DNA of 64,000 nt from an uncultured delta proteobacterium (GCA_963754925.1 CAVWHX010000004.1:32001-96000), one strand, 5' to 3'; shown: positions 1-10,109, counted from the stretch's first letter. Program-made: numbers and translations. The notes: generated by a model not told the origin, from the letters alone.

Positions 1-1
1 A

Positions 2-211
2 GACCGTGGCCTGGTGATTGAGCGGGTTCGCAATCCGCTCGCCGGTTGAACCCGCATCTTTGTGAATGAAGAACGTGCGCGCCATTTGAAATGATTCCTC
101 ATCGAGATTACCGAGCGCGACGAGCACCGGCGCTTTGAATTGAGCGCAGAACGTATCGCGGTCCATCTTTGAGGCGGCACTAATATAGTCTTGCAGCAGC
201 GGCTCAAACAT
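2..211 (-). CDS. 5' part of a hypothetical protein running off the window edge (MFEPLLQDYISAASKMDRDTFCAQFKAPVLVALG...)
   Basis: Manual translation: ATG at 211-209 opens a stop-free frame to position 2; divergent from the riboswitch. Not in the ORF track. Confidence 0.55.
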   Translation of the reverse strand, partial: MFEPLLQDYISAASKMDRDTFCAQFKAPVLVALGNLDEESFQMARTFFIHKDAGSTGERIANPLNHQATV

Positions 212-324
212 TGGCGCGTGACTCCCTCGCGAAAAAGGATATACCTTTTAAGAAAATACCGAGTTAAGAAAATACCGATATATGTCCGCGACGTCAACTC
301 TTGACACATATGCGTTCGTGTGAT

Positions 325-503
325 TTGTTCCGCTTCCGCGTGGCAAGGTGACAGGGAAGCCGGTGAGAGTCCGGCGCGGTGCCGCCACTGTAAACGGGAA
401 GTGCCTGCCTGGAAGACCACTTGGCCCTCTCGGCCGGGGAAGGTTGGTAGGCGCGTTGGGAAGTGCTTTTGACCCAATACCCGTGAGCCAGGAAACCTGC
501 CTT
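325..503 (+). ncRNA. Cobalamin (B12) riboswitch
   Basis: Hallmark motifs AGGGAAGCCGGTGAGAGTCCGGCGCGGTGCCGCCACTGTAA ... CCAC ... GGGAAGG ... GAGCCAGGAAACCTGCC upstream of a TonB-dependent receptor; TTGACA at 301-306. Boundaries approximate. Confidence 0.95.
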
Positions 504-547
504 ACCCATTGGCACTCGTTGCCCTTCGAGCGAAAGAGGCAGGTGCA

Positions 548-2527
548 ATGCTTAATCCACCCTCCCATCCCTATTTCGTCCGGGGTGGGTTTTTTATTAT
601 ACCCGCCTTCGCGTTGTTTCTATCTATTGGCCCCTGGCCGTTTTTAAACGGATTTGCGCGCGCCGATCAACCGGATAATGAGACGGTTAATTCGACCGAT
701 TCAGAAATCGTTGTGGTTCGAGCCTCCAGAATAGAAGTCGCAGACGATCCCACGGCTGCCGTCACGAAAGTGGATGCAAAGCAATTTGGCGGTGAGGCCA
801 AGACCGTTGCCGAATTGATATCGACTGCGCCGGGCGTGGCGGTCAACAACTACGGCGGGCTTGGGCAGCTCGCCACGGTTTCGATTCGGGGCTCAACGGC
901 AGACCAGGTTTTGGTTTTGCTCGACGGCGTGCCCCTCAACACGGCGGCCGGTGGCGGTGTGGATTTATCACGCATTCCGCGCGCATGGATCGAGCGTATC
1001 GAGGTGGTCCGCGGCGCCGAAGGGGCGCTCTACGGCTCCGGAGCTCTCGGCGGCGTGGTGAACATCATCACCCGCAAGGCCGCTGCCGGGACATGGTCGT
1101 CCGAGTCTACGGTCGGCTCATTCAACACCCTCGGCGAAGCGGTCGACGCAGCCTTGGGCGGCGAGCACTGGGGATTGTTTTCCGCTGCCATGGTCGACTC
1201 AACCAAGGGCGACTTTCCCTATTTTTTCGACCCGACGCCCATCATTCCCGGCAGTCCGTTGGCGAGCCGCATTCGCGTGAACAACGCGTCGTTTGCCGCC
1301 GGTGGCCTGGCCAAGCTGTGGGCAGACGTTGGCGCTGGCCGACTGGATTCCGTGGTGCAGGTCTCGGGAGGCTCGCGCGGCCTGCCGGGCACGGCTTACC
1401 AACTGACGCCTCACGATGGTCAACATGATTTTCGCCTCAGCCTGGCATCGAGCTATTCCCAGTGCTTTTCCGACAGCCTCGCGATCCGTGTTCGTGCCCA
1501 AGGCCTGGACGACCAGCTCGACGTGACGATCGCACCTCAGCCTGAATCATCGCAGCGGGATCTCAAGGGCGGCGTCTCAGCCTCCCTGCTTTGGACAAAA
1601 GGCCCGAGCACACTCAACGTTACGATCGGCGGCAGCGAAGAGCGTCTCGACGTCGTGGATGCTTTTTCGCACGAGCGTGCGGGTCTGGCCCTGGGTGTCT
1701 CGGATGATTTGTCTCTGTTTGAGCGGCTGCGTCTTGGATCGGCGCTCCGCTGGGAATCTCAGGGCCCGTTCAGCGGCTGGTCGGCGAAGCTCGGCGGAAC
1801 TCTCGGCGTCGTCGGTCCGCTGTCGGCGCGTGCGAGCGCAGGACGGACCTTCCGGGCTCCCAGCGTTGACGAGCTGTATCTTCGCCAGGGCCTGTTGGAT
1901 CCCAACCCGACTCTGGTGCCTGAAAGCGCGTGGTCATTTGACGCTGGGGTGGTGGCGGAAGGTTGGGCGGGTCTCGCCAGTGTCACGGGTTTCATGCAGC
2001 TCTATGAGGACATCATCGTCTACGAGCCTGACTCGTTTCAGCGCCTCAAACCTTTCAACGACGCGAGGGCAGTCACCCGTGGCATCGAGGCGGAAGTTGC
2101 CACGGTGCCGTTCGGCCCGGCAGGGTTGACGGCAAGCGCCGCCTACACCTTCTTGGATTCCGAAACGCTCGAGGGCGAGCCGGCCGTGTTGGGCAAAACC
2201 CTTCCGCACCGGGCTCGACATCGTCTGTTCGCGCGCGTCGGGGCAAGCTACGATATCATCGGGGCCCATGCGGAGGTTCACTACCTCTCCCAGCAGTTCC
2301 AGGATCTCTTAAACACTCCCGCGTTCACCATTCCACCCGTTCTCACCGTCAATGCAGGCATTTCGGTGCGTTTGTGGCGGCACCCCGAGATCAAGCTCAA
2401 TCTCGAAGCTCGCAACCTTCTCGATCAACGAATCGTCAACGGGCGTCCGCTCCAAGACGGTTTCGGCAACCCCCTACCTGGCCGCATGGTGATGGTCGTC
2501 GTGCGCGTCTCAGAAAGAAAGGATTGA
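548..2527 (+). CDS. btuB: TonB-dependent cobalamin receptor (BtuB-like)
   Basis: Plug motifs SIRGS..QVLVLLDGVP and IERIEVVRG..ALYGSGALGGVVNIIT, beta-barrel C-terminus, lies behind a B12 riboswitch. Start uncertain (ATG 548 or TTG near 614). Confidence 0.85.
   Translation: MLNPPSHPYFVRGGFFIIPAFALFLSIGPWPFLNGFARADQPDNETVNSTDSEIVVVRASRIEVADDPTAAVTKVDAKQFGGEAKTVAELISTAPGVAVNNYGGLGQLATVSIRGSTADQVLVLLDGVPLNTAAGGGVDLSRIPRAWIERIEVVRGAEGALYGSGALGGVVNIITRKAAAGTWSSESTVGSFNTLGEAVDAALGGEHWGLFSAAMVDSTKGDFPYFFDPTPIIPGSPLASRIRVNNASFAAGGLAKLWADVGAGRLDSVVQVSGGSRGLPGTAYQLTPHDGQHDFRLSLASSYSQCFSDSLAIRVRAQGLDDQLDVTIAPQPESSQRDLKGGVSASLLWTKGPSTLNVTIGGSEERLDVVDAFSHERAGLALGVSDDLSLFERLRLGSALRWESQGPFSGWSAKLGGTLGVVGPLSARASAGRTFRAPSVDELYLRQGLLDPNPTLVPESAWSFDAGVVAEGWAGLASVTGFMQLYEDIIVYEPDSFQRLKPFNDARAVTRGIEAEVATVPFGPAGLTASAAYTFLDSETLEGEPAVLGKTLPHRARHRLFARVGASYDIIGAHAEVHYLSQQFQDLLNTPAFTIPPVLTVNAGISVRLWRHPEIKLNLEARNLLDQRIVNGRPLQDGFGNPLPGRMVMVVVRVSERKD
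564..598 (+). terminator. Terminator-like hairpin in the riboswitch expression platform
   Basis: CCCATCCC-loop-GGGGTGGG followed by TTTTTTATT. Confidence 0.55.
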
Positions 2528-2532
2528 AAGCT

Positions 2533-3774
2533 ATGAACCCCAGAAAGCTTCTCCAAGGTCTCCTCGTCGCTGCGATTACGGCGACCGGCTGCGGCAAAAC
2601 GACCACCTGTCCCGTCGACGAGACGGCCATCGACGACCAATGCTATGCATTACAGACCGACCCCTTCAACTGCGGCTCAAAAGGGAACGCCTGCGCCGCT
2701 AATCAGGGCTGTTCCGTTGGAAATTGCGTGGATTGCACGACCGCCGGCGCCGCCTGCACCTCCGTCATCGCCGTTGCTTGCTATAACCTGAACGAGGTAC
2801 GGCCCTTGGCGGCAAACCTGGCGCAGTCTACCGCCCCGATTTCGACCGACAATGGACCGATCAGTCTGGCTTGGCTGGGCAGCAGCCTGTACGTGGGGAA
2901 CAACGCGACGAGCGACATTTCGCCGGTTACCTTGTCGCCTCCGTCAGTGGGCGCAGCGATAGCGATCAGCCCGAATACTTACGCGCTAACGAACATCAGC
3001 GGCAACGGTAAATACCTCTGGGCTTCTGACTATTATGAGAGCTCGGTGGTGATTGTCGATCCGACGCAGACCGTGCCTGTTCAGGCGCTTCCCCTGGCGA
3101 CTTCCGCGTCGGATTACCCGAATCCTTACGGAATCGCCTTCGTCGGCGCCAAGGCGTACGTGGCGCTCAACGGAGACAATGCGCTCGCGGTGCTCGACAT
3201 CACGACCGTGCCCGGCGTCACGGTGTCCAAGCGCATCGACCTGTCGGCGCTCGCGGGGACCGGCGCCGCGGCCATGCCTTCCGGCGTGGCGGCGTCGGGA
3301 ACGACCGTCTACGTAACACTTTGGGAGCTCAACGCAACGACCTACGAGCCCGTACCGGGAGTCAACGGACGCCTGGCAGTGGTGGATTCGACGACGGACA
3401 CAGTAGTCGGCGAGGCCGTTGACCTCGGATCGGACTGCCTTAATCCGAGTGGTATAGTAATCGATGGCACCACACTATGGGTGGCATGCGGCTTTTTTGA
3501 TCACACGACTAAAGCTATCTCCGGTGGCGCCCTGCTTCCAGTCGACATCAGTAAAACACCTCCTTCCGTGGGCACACCGATCACGCTTTCCAACGCCGCC
3601 ACATCCATCGTGATCTGCAACGGCCAGGGCTTTGCTGGCGCCGCGGACAGTGGCACGGTGATCGCGTTCGATCCGGTTGCGAAAAAAGTCACAAACACGG
3701 CGCTCGCCTGTCCGTCGCAACCGGGCAAGGCCAGTTATGTTCCGGCGATTGCGTGCGCGTCTAATCCAGGCTGA
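2533..3774 (+). CDS. Lipoprotein with Cys-rich N-terminal module and YncE-like beta-propeller
   Basis: ATG at 2533 after btuB; lipobox-like TATGC; D..NCG...C motif; repeated GP/NP-x-x-I-A blades. Confidence 0.7.
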   Translation: MNPRKLLQGLLVAAITATGCGKTTTCPVDETAIDDQCYALQTDPFNCGSKGNACAANQGCSVGNCVDCTTAGAACTSVIAVACYNLNEVRPLAANLAQSTAPISTDNGPISLAWLGSSLYVGNNATSDISPVTLSPPSVGAAIAISPNTYALTNISGNGKYLWASDYYESSVVIVDPTQTVPVQALPLATSASDYPNPYGIAFVGAKAYVALNGDNALAVLDITTVPGVTVSKRIDLSALAGTGAAAMPSGVAASGTTVYVTLWELNATTYEPVPGVNGRLAVVDSTTDTVVGEAVDLGSDCLNPSGIVIDGTTLWVACGFFDHTTKAISGGALLPVDISKTPPSVGTPITLSNAATSIVICNGQGFAGAADSGTVIAFDPVAKKVTNTALACPSQPGKASYVPAIACASNPG

Positions 3775-4048
3775 GTACCGCAGAGCAACGATTTAGGATA
3801 TGCCAATCCGCAGGGGGTCGCAGTGGTTGAATGTACCGCCTTTGGAGCCAGTTGAGCTCTGCCCAGCCAACCCCGGGAAAAAAATCCTCGACTTTATCAG
3901 CGACGTGACTTCAGATGAACAGGGAATGATCTTTGCCGCATGCTTCGCGACAGATATCGTGCATATCTTCAACAGCAGCGGATGCATGTGCGACCAAATA
4001 GCAGCTGAAGTCGGCGATGGTCCTCAACGTCTTTTGGTGTTACCGTAA
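3775..4048 (+). pseudogene. Remnant of a paralogous beta-propeller lipoprotein gene
   Basis: 3775-3828 reads VPQSNDLGYANPQGVAVV (compare DYPNPYGIAFV upstream); ORF 3800-4048 has CPANPGK (compare CPSQPGK) and ends VGDGPQRLLVLP. Confidence 0.5.
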
Positions 4049-4923
4049 TGAATGCACCTATCCTCGCATTGCTGCTCCTGATAGCAGGTTCAACCGAGTC
4101 GGAGCAGCCATATTACCTTGGCAACGCTGAGCCGAAAAATGGCGTCCCGCGTGTGGTGTCGCTTGCGCCGAACGTAACCGAGATTCTCTTCGCTTTGAAT
4201 TTGGGTGATCGCGTGGTCGGGGTGACTCGTTTTGACGATTTTCCGCCTGCGGTAAAAAAATTACCCATCGTTGGCGGGTACATCGATCCCAGTGTCGAGG
4301 CCATCGCGGCGCTTGCCCCTAACCTGGTTATCTGCGTCCCCAATCCCGGAGGCCGCGATCGTATGGAAGTACTGACGCGTCTGGGCATTCCGGTATTGGT
4401 GATGCCGGAGCAACACCTGCAGGATATCTTTGTGAATATAAAATTTCTGGGGAATCTTTTTGAAAGGACGCCTGCAGCCGAGACGCTCACCAACAGGATC
4501 AAGCAGCGCCTCCAAATAGTAACGGCGGCGGTTAAGAACCTGAAAGCCCCGCGGGTGCTTTTGGTTTACGGTCACAAACCGCTTATCGCCGCCGGGCCGG
4601 GAACTTTCGGCGATGAAATGCTGCATATGGCTAACGGCAAGAATGTCGTGGGCGATTCCGTAGTACGCTTTCCGAGTCTGCCCATGGAAGAGGTCATCCG
4701 GCTTGCGCCCGACGTGATCATCGATGCATCCATGAGCGGAAGCGGCGCCGAGGTAACCGCACCTGAGGCCACGGAATTCTGGAATACCTGGCAGGTGCTC
4801 CCGGCCGTAAAAAATCACCGTTTATACATCTTTGACTCGGCCCTATGGTTTCGTCCTGGACCCCGTATCGCCGAAGGAATCGAACAGCTCGCTCGCCTCC
4901 TTCATCCAACCGTAGTTTTTTAA
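4048..4923 (+). CDS. btuF: Cobalamin-binding periplasmic protein
   Basis: RVVSLAPNVTEILFAL, PSVEAIAALAPNLV, RPGPRIAEG; btu context. Confidence 0.88.
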   Translation: MNAPILALLLLIAGSTESEQPYYLGNAEPKNGVPRVVSLAPNVTEILFALNLGDRVVGVTRFDDFPPAVKKLPIVGGYIDPSVEAIAALAPNLVICVPNPGGRDRMEVLTRLGIPVLVMPEQHLQDIFVNIKFLGNLFERTPAAETLTNRIKQRLQIVTAAVKNLKAPRVLLVYGHKPLIAAGPGTFGDEMLHMANGKNVVGDSVVRFPSLPMEEVIRLAPDVIIDASMSGSGAEVTAPEATEFWNTWQVLPAVKNHRLYIFDSALWFRPGPRIAEGIEQLARLLHPTVVF

Positions 4924-5098
4924 ACTGAAATTGAGCGCAATTCGAAGAAGTATCGATATATTATATCTCCTCGCCTTTTTTGACGAAAAACCAAAAAAGC
5001 GCTATTATATTTATTTGGGGGACATGAACATACCTGTTGAACCATTTATGGAAAATTAAATAAATAGCGTTTTTATCTTTTGAATAAGGAGGACCCGT

Positions 5099-6280
5099 AT
5101 GAAGAGCTGGCGCGCTAGTGTGTTCTGTGTATCGATCATCGCTATGGGAATTATGGGTTGTGGAAATAAAAATTCCAACCAAGATGGCGGTTCTACCATT
5201 GAATTCACAAAGGCAGCGCTGAGTTCGCTTCCAATGATCATGACCACCCAGACCAGCAGTCAGGGCCTGACCGCACAATTCGGCAGCCTCGCCTCCGCCC
5301 TTTCCACCGGAACGATCGCCGACTACCAGTCCCTCGTCTACCTCTTTAAGTTTGAATGTCATGCGGTGCCCTATGCCAATTATTGTCCGTCTTCCATTGT
5401 TCCCACCACTGATCTGATGGACCCGTACCGATTCGAGATGGGATCGCTCATCGGCATGATTTTCGGCGCCCAAATGTACGCGGGCTCGCTGGTGACGAGC
5501 TGTTCCAACTCGGGTCTTACCCCAATGACGGTAACGGCCGGCTCCTACACCGCCGCTTCTTCCGCTACCGAGGCGGATCCCACGAGATTCATACTCGACA
5601 ACTTCTCGTTGTACACGTGCCGATCGAGCAACGTTTCGGATGCGAAGGCGGAAACCCGTGTCCTTTCAGCGGTCGCGGACGGTTCCTACCAAGCGGCGCT
5701 GCACACGCGTTATAAGTATAACAGCGGCGACAATCGATTGCAGACCGACTTTTTCCAGGTGTATGTGGCTATGAACGGCACCGTGCCCGCGTTCCTGGCA
5801 TTTAACTTCTCGGCGGCAGAGCCCCATGCCTCGCGCATCGTTCTGCTCACGAATCTGATTAACCACACTTTCGCTCTCAAATTCTATGTTCCTTCGCAAC
5901 CCGATTCCAATAATCCGGGGCTTTCAAGCCAGGTGTTTTATGCTGTGGCGACCGGCGCCGCCGGATACGACCTCGCGACCGGAACGCCGTACCCGGGCCA
6001 CTATTACGTAACGTTTTCTGACGGCGGTGGGTCTTCCCTGTGCGTGAACAACGAAGGAGGAATAATCGAATCTGACGATACAAACTGCACGAGCAATTCA
6101 GTACCGCTGACCTGGTCAACCTCCGATACCATCAAAACGTACCTTGGCATTTCAGACGCCGACGCAGCCCGCGTGGCGCCATTTCTAGCGAAATTCCAGG
6201 ATGATCTTGCACTTTCGGCCACCGACGCATGGCAAAACGCGGGTGATGAAGATCTTTACTGGCCGGCGAGCTTGCAATAA
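5099..6280 (+). CDS. Hypothetical lipoprotein
   Basis: AGGAGG RBS, lipobox-like GIMGC, 393-aa ORF, AT-rich upstream region. Confidence 0.7.
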   Translation: MKSWRASVFCVSIIAMGIMGCGNKNSNQDGGSTIEFTKAALSSLPMIMTTQTSSQGLTAQFGSLASALSTGTIADYQSLVYLFKFECHAVPYANYCPSSIVPTTDLMDPYRFEMGSLIGMIFGAQMYAGSLVTSCSNSGLTPMTVTAGSYTAASSATEADPTRFILDNFSLYTCRSSNVSDAKAETRVLSAVADGSYQAALHTRYKYNSGDNRLQTDFFQVYVAMNGTVPAFLAFNFSAAEPHASRIVLLTNLINHTFALKFYVPSQPDSNNPGLSSQVFYAVATGAAGYDLATGTPYPGHYYVTFSDGGGSSLCVNNEGGIIESDDTNCTSNSVPLTWSTSDTIKTYLGISDADAARVAPFLAKFQDDLALSATDAWQNAGDEDLYWPASLQ

Positions 6281-6307
6281 GCTCGATACCGTTAGGTGGT
6301 ACAGGCT

Positions 6308-8089
6308 TCATGAGAGCTTACCTTCCTGATTCTCCGCCACCGTGATCTCAAGGTTGCGGTCGAAGCGGTGCCCATCGGGGACGATCAACCGTCCGCCGCT
6401 CTCAACCTGCACTACTACCTGTACTCCTGCTTCGATCCGCACCCCTTTACCGATTGAAACTCTACTGGCGTCTCGCGAATCACAGGCGAGTCGACGGTCT
6501 GACGTCATTCGAATCGTTCCATAGGGACGGGCGGTGTTAATAATCAAGGTACTGCGCGCCCCCACCCGTAGCCCCTCGCTCGCAATCGGGGCGCCTGGTT
6601 TACCGCCTTCCCGGGCGCAGACATACAACCGCGCGCCGCCCTCAATCCGCCAACCGGGTCCGATGCCGCGCTCGCGCAGCAGCTCGGACTCATCCCCACA
6701 GCACGGGTGCAGGTCGCACAGAGCATCGGGGGCCACCTCGGCGCCACACTGCAGCAGTCGTTTGGCGTGCATCGCCGAAAGCATGGATACCGTCGAAGCG
6801 ACCGAGTCCACTCCCACGACACTTTTGGTGGGCATGAAGAACTCTCCGCGCGGCACTTCATAGGCCCGCACCTGCTCGGCCGGCAGCAGGCGGGTGATGT
6901 GCTGGCTGAGGTACTCCAGGGAGCTGCCCAGCACCGTACCGATGCGTGAAGGCACGGCCTTCTCGGTATAGAGTATCGGATCAAGATCCGAACGTACGGC
7001 GGAAAGCGCTATCAGATTAACGTTGGTGTTTGCGGCATCGTAGCGCAGCCTGCCGGAAACAGCATCGCGCTGTGCGGCAAGCGCCGGGTCAATGACCGTA
7101 TACTCAACCGCTTCGATCCGGCCGCTTGCGCGCACGTTCATCAAGACCCCGACCTTTTCAGCCGGGTCGGTTTTACGCACCACCGACACGGTAAAAAGCG
7201 CTTTCTCTCGAATATGGTAGCCAAGTCTCGCGGGCGTAAACGGTCGCGCCGCCGGATTGTCAATGTTATGCATGACGAGATGGTTAATCCCTTGGCGTTT
7301 AAGGCTCTCCAAAAACGGTCGGCCGTCAGGTCCGGATTGCTCCAGCGCACGGTAAACCCCCCCATGGCCGTCGCCGGTCAGTGAAAGCTGGCCTTGGTTA
7401 TCGGCCACGATGAGAAGTCCGCTGTGGTCCAGGCGCGGCACGCATGCTTGTTCGAAGGTGACCAACCCTTCTCTCGGAAAGCCCCACAGATCGATGCGCC
7501 TAAAGAACCTACGCGTCCGATCGTGCGTCACCGGACTGGTCATTATCATGACGAGCGGCAATCGACTTCGTCTGACGCCCGCGTCGAGCGCTTCGGCGAT
7601 AACGATCTCAAAGAAGCTGAGGCCGCCTACCGGTGAGATGGGGAAGACCCCCTTGGGGTCTCTCGGATCAAAATTGTTCAGCTGATTGAGTTCCGAAAAG
7701 AAACGCGTTGCGGCGCCGCCGGCAAACGCTACCGAAGCTATCTCGCCGCCAGCCAGCGCCTCGTTGCCGGCGGCCCGATCGGCTTCCTGACGTGTCGCTT
7801 GTTGCTCCACCGTCAAGACCTCGATTGGCTCGACATCCGCCGAGCGAAGAACATCCCGCTTCGTCTCTTTGAGAGCGCGGCGATGCCGATCGAGTTGTTC
7901 CCTATCGATGGTCTGAGCCGCGAGCAGCGCCGTCCGCACCACTTCCGGTGCCGCATCGGCCAGGTAGCGGCTAAACATTTCCGCCTGTCCATGTTCAACT
8001 AAACGTTCAACGACATCAACGAACGCCGGTTCCTGCTTAAGAACTGCTCGTAACGCTGGGCAGCCGGAAAATATTTCATGATCGACCAT
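6308..8089 (-). CDS. UDPGP-family UTP-sugar-1-phosphate uridylyltransferase (UAP1-like) with C-terminal extension
   Basis: AGGxATR, PKG, MTS, FEQ, GDGHGG, NIDNP, EKVGV, VEY and F.PTK motifs. Confidence 0.8.
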   Translation of the reverse strand: MVDHEIFSGCPALRAVLKQEPAFVDVVERLVEHGQAEMFSRYLADAAPEVVRTALLAAQTIDREQLDRHRRALKETKRDVLRSADVEPIEVLTVEQQATRQEADRAAGNEALAGGEIASVAFAGGAATRFFSELNQLNNFDPRDPKGVFPISPVGGLSFFEIVIAEALDAGVRRSRLPLVMIMTSPVTHDRTRRFFRRIDLWGFPREGLVTFEQACVPRLDHSGLLIVADNQGQLSLTGDGHGGVYRALEQSGPDGRPFLESLKRQGINHLVMHNIDNPAARPFTPARLGYHIREKALFTVSVVRKTDPAEKVGVLMNVRASGRIEAVEYTVIDPALAAQRDAVSGRLRYDAANTNVNLIALSAVRSDLDPILYTEKAVPSRIGTVLGSSLEYLSQHITRLLPAEQVRAYEVPRGEFFMPTKSVVGVDSVASTVSMLSAMHAKRLLQCGAEVAPDALCDLHPCCGDESELLRERGIGPGWRIEGGARLYVCAREGGKPGAPIASEGLRVGARSTLIINTARPYGTIRMTSDRRLACDSRDASRVSIGKGVRIEAGVQVVVQVESGGRLIVPDGHRFDRNLEITVAENQEGKLS

Positions 8090-8211
8090 AGGTCATTCCC
8101 TTTGGTTGTCACTCTGCCTTGCCGGGCTGTGCCTTGTTTATCATCTCCCGTGCCGATCGACAACGTAAGAGTACTATAGACGCCGGTAACCCATTCGGGT
8201 AGTATGCCGCC

Positions 8212-9261
8212 GTGCATACCAATACATCAACGTCGGGACGAGTGTTCACCCGCGCCCGATTTCTCGCCGTCAACGGAACGTTATTGGCGGCCCTGATCAT
8301 CGCTATCGGGGCCGGTTGCGTGCTTGGTCCCGGCGGCCTGGATCTATCCAAGATACTTCCCCTCGACCCGTCTTCCAATCCCGAAGCGGCGATGCTGGTG
8401 CTTGCTAGACTCCCGCGGGTGCTGCTTGCCGCCTTGGTCGGCGCGATCTTGGCGACGGTTGGCGCAGCCTTTCAAGCGCTGTTGCGCAATCCCCTGGCGG
8501 ACCCCCTGATCATGGGCGTTTCGGGCGGCGCCGCCTTGGGGGGAACGCTCGCGCTGGTCCTCTTTGGTTCCGGCGCGGGCGCCCAGCTCGCGTTGGAGGG
8601 CCCGGCCGCGTTTATCGGCGGCGTCATCGCCACCGTATTGGTGCAGCGGGTGGGCACCGTCGGCGGACGACTCGAACCCACGACGATACTGTTGGTGGGC
8701 GTGGTTTTCAACACCTTTGCCTCGGCAGTGATCATGTTCCTCAAGACCGTCGTCTCGGCTCAAAAAACCCAGGAAATCCTCTTTTGGCTGATGGGTAGCC
8801 TGGGCTACCGCGACTACACCACCGTGGCCGTGGTTGCGGTTGGTTCACTCGCGGGACTGACGGTGATCATGCAACACGCCTCCGCTCTCAACGCCCTGGC
8901 GTTGGGTGAGCACGGCGCCGCCCACCTCGGCGTGAATGTGGAGCGCACCCGCTGGGTTGTCCTGGTCGCCTCGTCGTTGCTGGTAGGGCTCGCGGTATCG
9001 GTGTCGGGGCTGGTCGGTTTCGTCGGTCTGATAGTTCCGCACCTGTTCCGGCTCGGGTTGGGTCCTGACCATCGCCTGCTGCTGCCGGCCACCGCGCTCG
9101 GCGGCGCGTCCTTCTTGGTATTGGCCGACCTCGTCGCCCGGCTGCTGTTTATACCCCTCGCGACCGAACCGCCGGTCGGCGTCGTTACCGCTTTCTTGGG
9201 AGGACCGTTCTTCTTATGGTTACTGCGTAAACGCTCGCGCATGGCGTTTCCGCTCAGCTGA
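8212..9261 (+). CDS. btuC: FecCD/BtuC-family ABC permease
   Basis: RLPR, FQALLRNPLADP..GVSGGA, GFVGLIVPH, PVGVVTA.LGGPFF. Confidence 0.88.
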   Translation: MHTNTSTSGRVFTRARFLAVNGTLLAALIIAIGAGCVLGPGGLDLSKILPLDPSSNPEAAMLVLARLPRVLLAALVGAILATVGAAFQALLRNPLADPLIMGVSGGAALGGTLALVLFGSGAGAQLALEGPAAFIGGVIATVLVQRVGTVGGRLEPTTILLVGVVFNTFASAVIMFLKTVVSAQKTQEILFWLMGSLGYRDYTTVAVVAVGSLAGLTVIMQHASALNALALGEHGAAHLGVNVERTRWVVLVASSLLVGLAVSVSGLVGFVGLIVPHLFRLGLGPDHRLLLPATALGGASFLVLADLVARLLFIPLATEPPVGVVTAFLGGPFFLWLLRKRSRMAFPLS

Positions 9262-9272
9262 ATGGGTCGACG

Positions 9273-10106
9273 ATGGAGTACGCGGCGCCTCACTCCTTGG
9301 CTGTCGAATGGGATGACCTACAGTTTGCCTATGGTACCACGCCGGTACTGCACAGCATCCGCTGGCAGATTCCCACCGGCGCCTTTGTCGGCCTGATGGG
9401 CCCCAACGGCTCCGGCAAAACCACCTTGATCCAGCTCACCTGCGGTGCCCTCCGTGTGCAGGCGGGCGCCATTCGCATTTTCGGCAAGAACCTGACGAGC
9501 TGGGAGCGGCGCGAACTGGCGCGTTCGGTGGCGGTGGTGCCGCAGCAGTTTCAACTTTCGTTCCCGTATACGGTCGAGGAAGTGGTGTTGTTAGGCCGGG
9601 TACCGCACCGAGGCGCCATGGCCTTCGACCGAGCGTCGGATCGCTCTGTCGCGGCAGAAGCCATGCGAGCCGCCGGCGTGTACGATCTCCGCGCCCGCCG
9701 CATGCACGAGCTTTCAGGTGGCGAGTTCAAGCGGGTGGTGGTGGCCAAGGCCTTGGCCCAACAGCCGCGCCTGCTGCTGCTCGACGAACCCGCGGCTCAC
9801 TTGGACATTCGTCATCAAGTTGAACTGTACGACCTGATCGACACCATCCGCCGGCGCGAGGGCCTCACGGTGCTTTCCGCCATGCATGACCTGAACCTAG
9901 CGGCGGCGTATTGCAACCACGTAGCGTTGCTCAAAAACGGCGCGCTCTTTCGCGCGGGAACCGTTGCAGAGGTGATGACCTACCGGAATCTCAGTACAAC
10001 CTTTGACTGCGACATCTATGTCGGGGTCAACGATCAGACCGGTCAGCGGCTGTTCACCCCGATGATCCGCAACCACAAACATCCTACGATGCCTAAGCCT
10101 GAGTAA
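9273..10106 (+). CDS. btuD: BtuD/FecE-family ABC ATPase
   Basis: GPNGSGKT, LSGGE, LLLLDEP, HDLNLAA. Confidence 0.88.
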   Translation: MEYAAPHSLAVEWDDLQFAYGTTPVLHSIRWQIPTGAFVGLMGPNGSGKTTLIQLTCGALRVQAGAIRIFGKNLTSWERRELARSVAVVPQQFQLSFPYTVEEVVLLGRVPHRGAMAFDRASDRSVAAEAMRAAGVYDLRARRMHELSGGEFKRVVVAKALAQQPRLLLLDEPAAHLDIRHQVELYDLIDTIRRREGLTVLSAMHDLNLAAAYCNHVALLKNGALFRAGTVAEVMTYRNLSTTFDCDIYVGVNDQTGQRLFTPMIRNHKHPTMPKPE

Positions 10107-10109
10107 CTC

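Noticed and set aside
248..647. Short ORFs over the btuB leader
   Set aside because: They overlap the cobalamin riboswitch and show no protein features.
3772..3774. Selenocysteine/readthrough at the TGA followed by in-frame propeller-like sequence
   Set aside because: The downstream frame stops again after about 26 codons and no SECIS is evident; a paralogue remnant explains it better.
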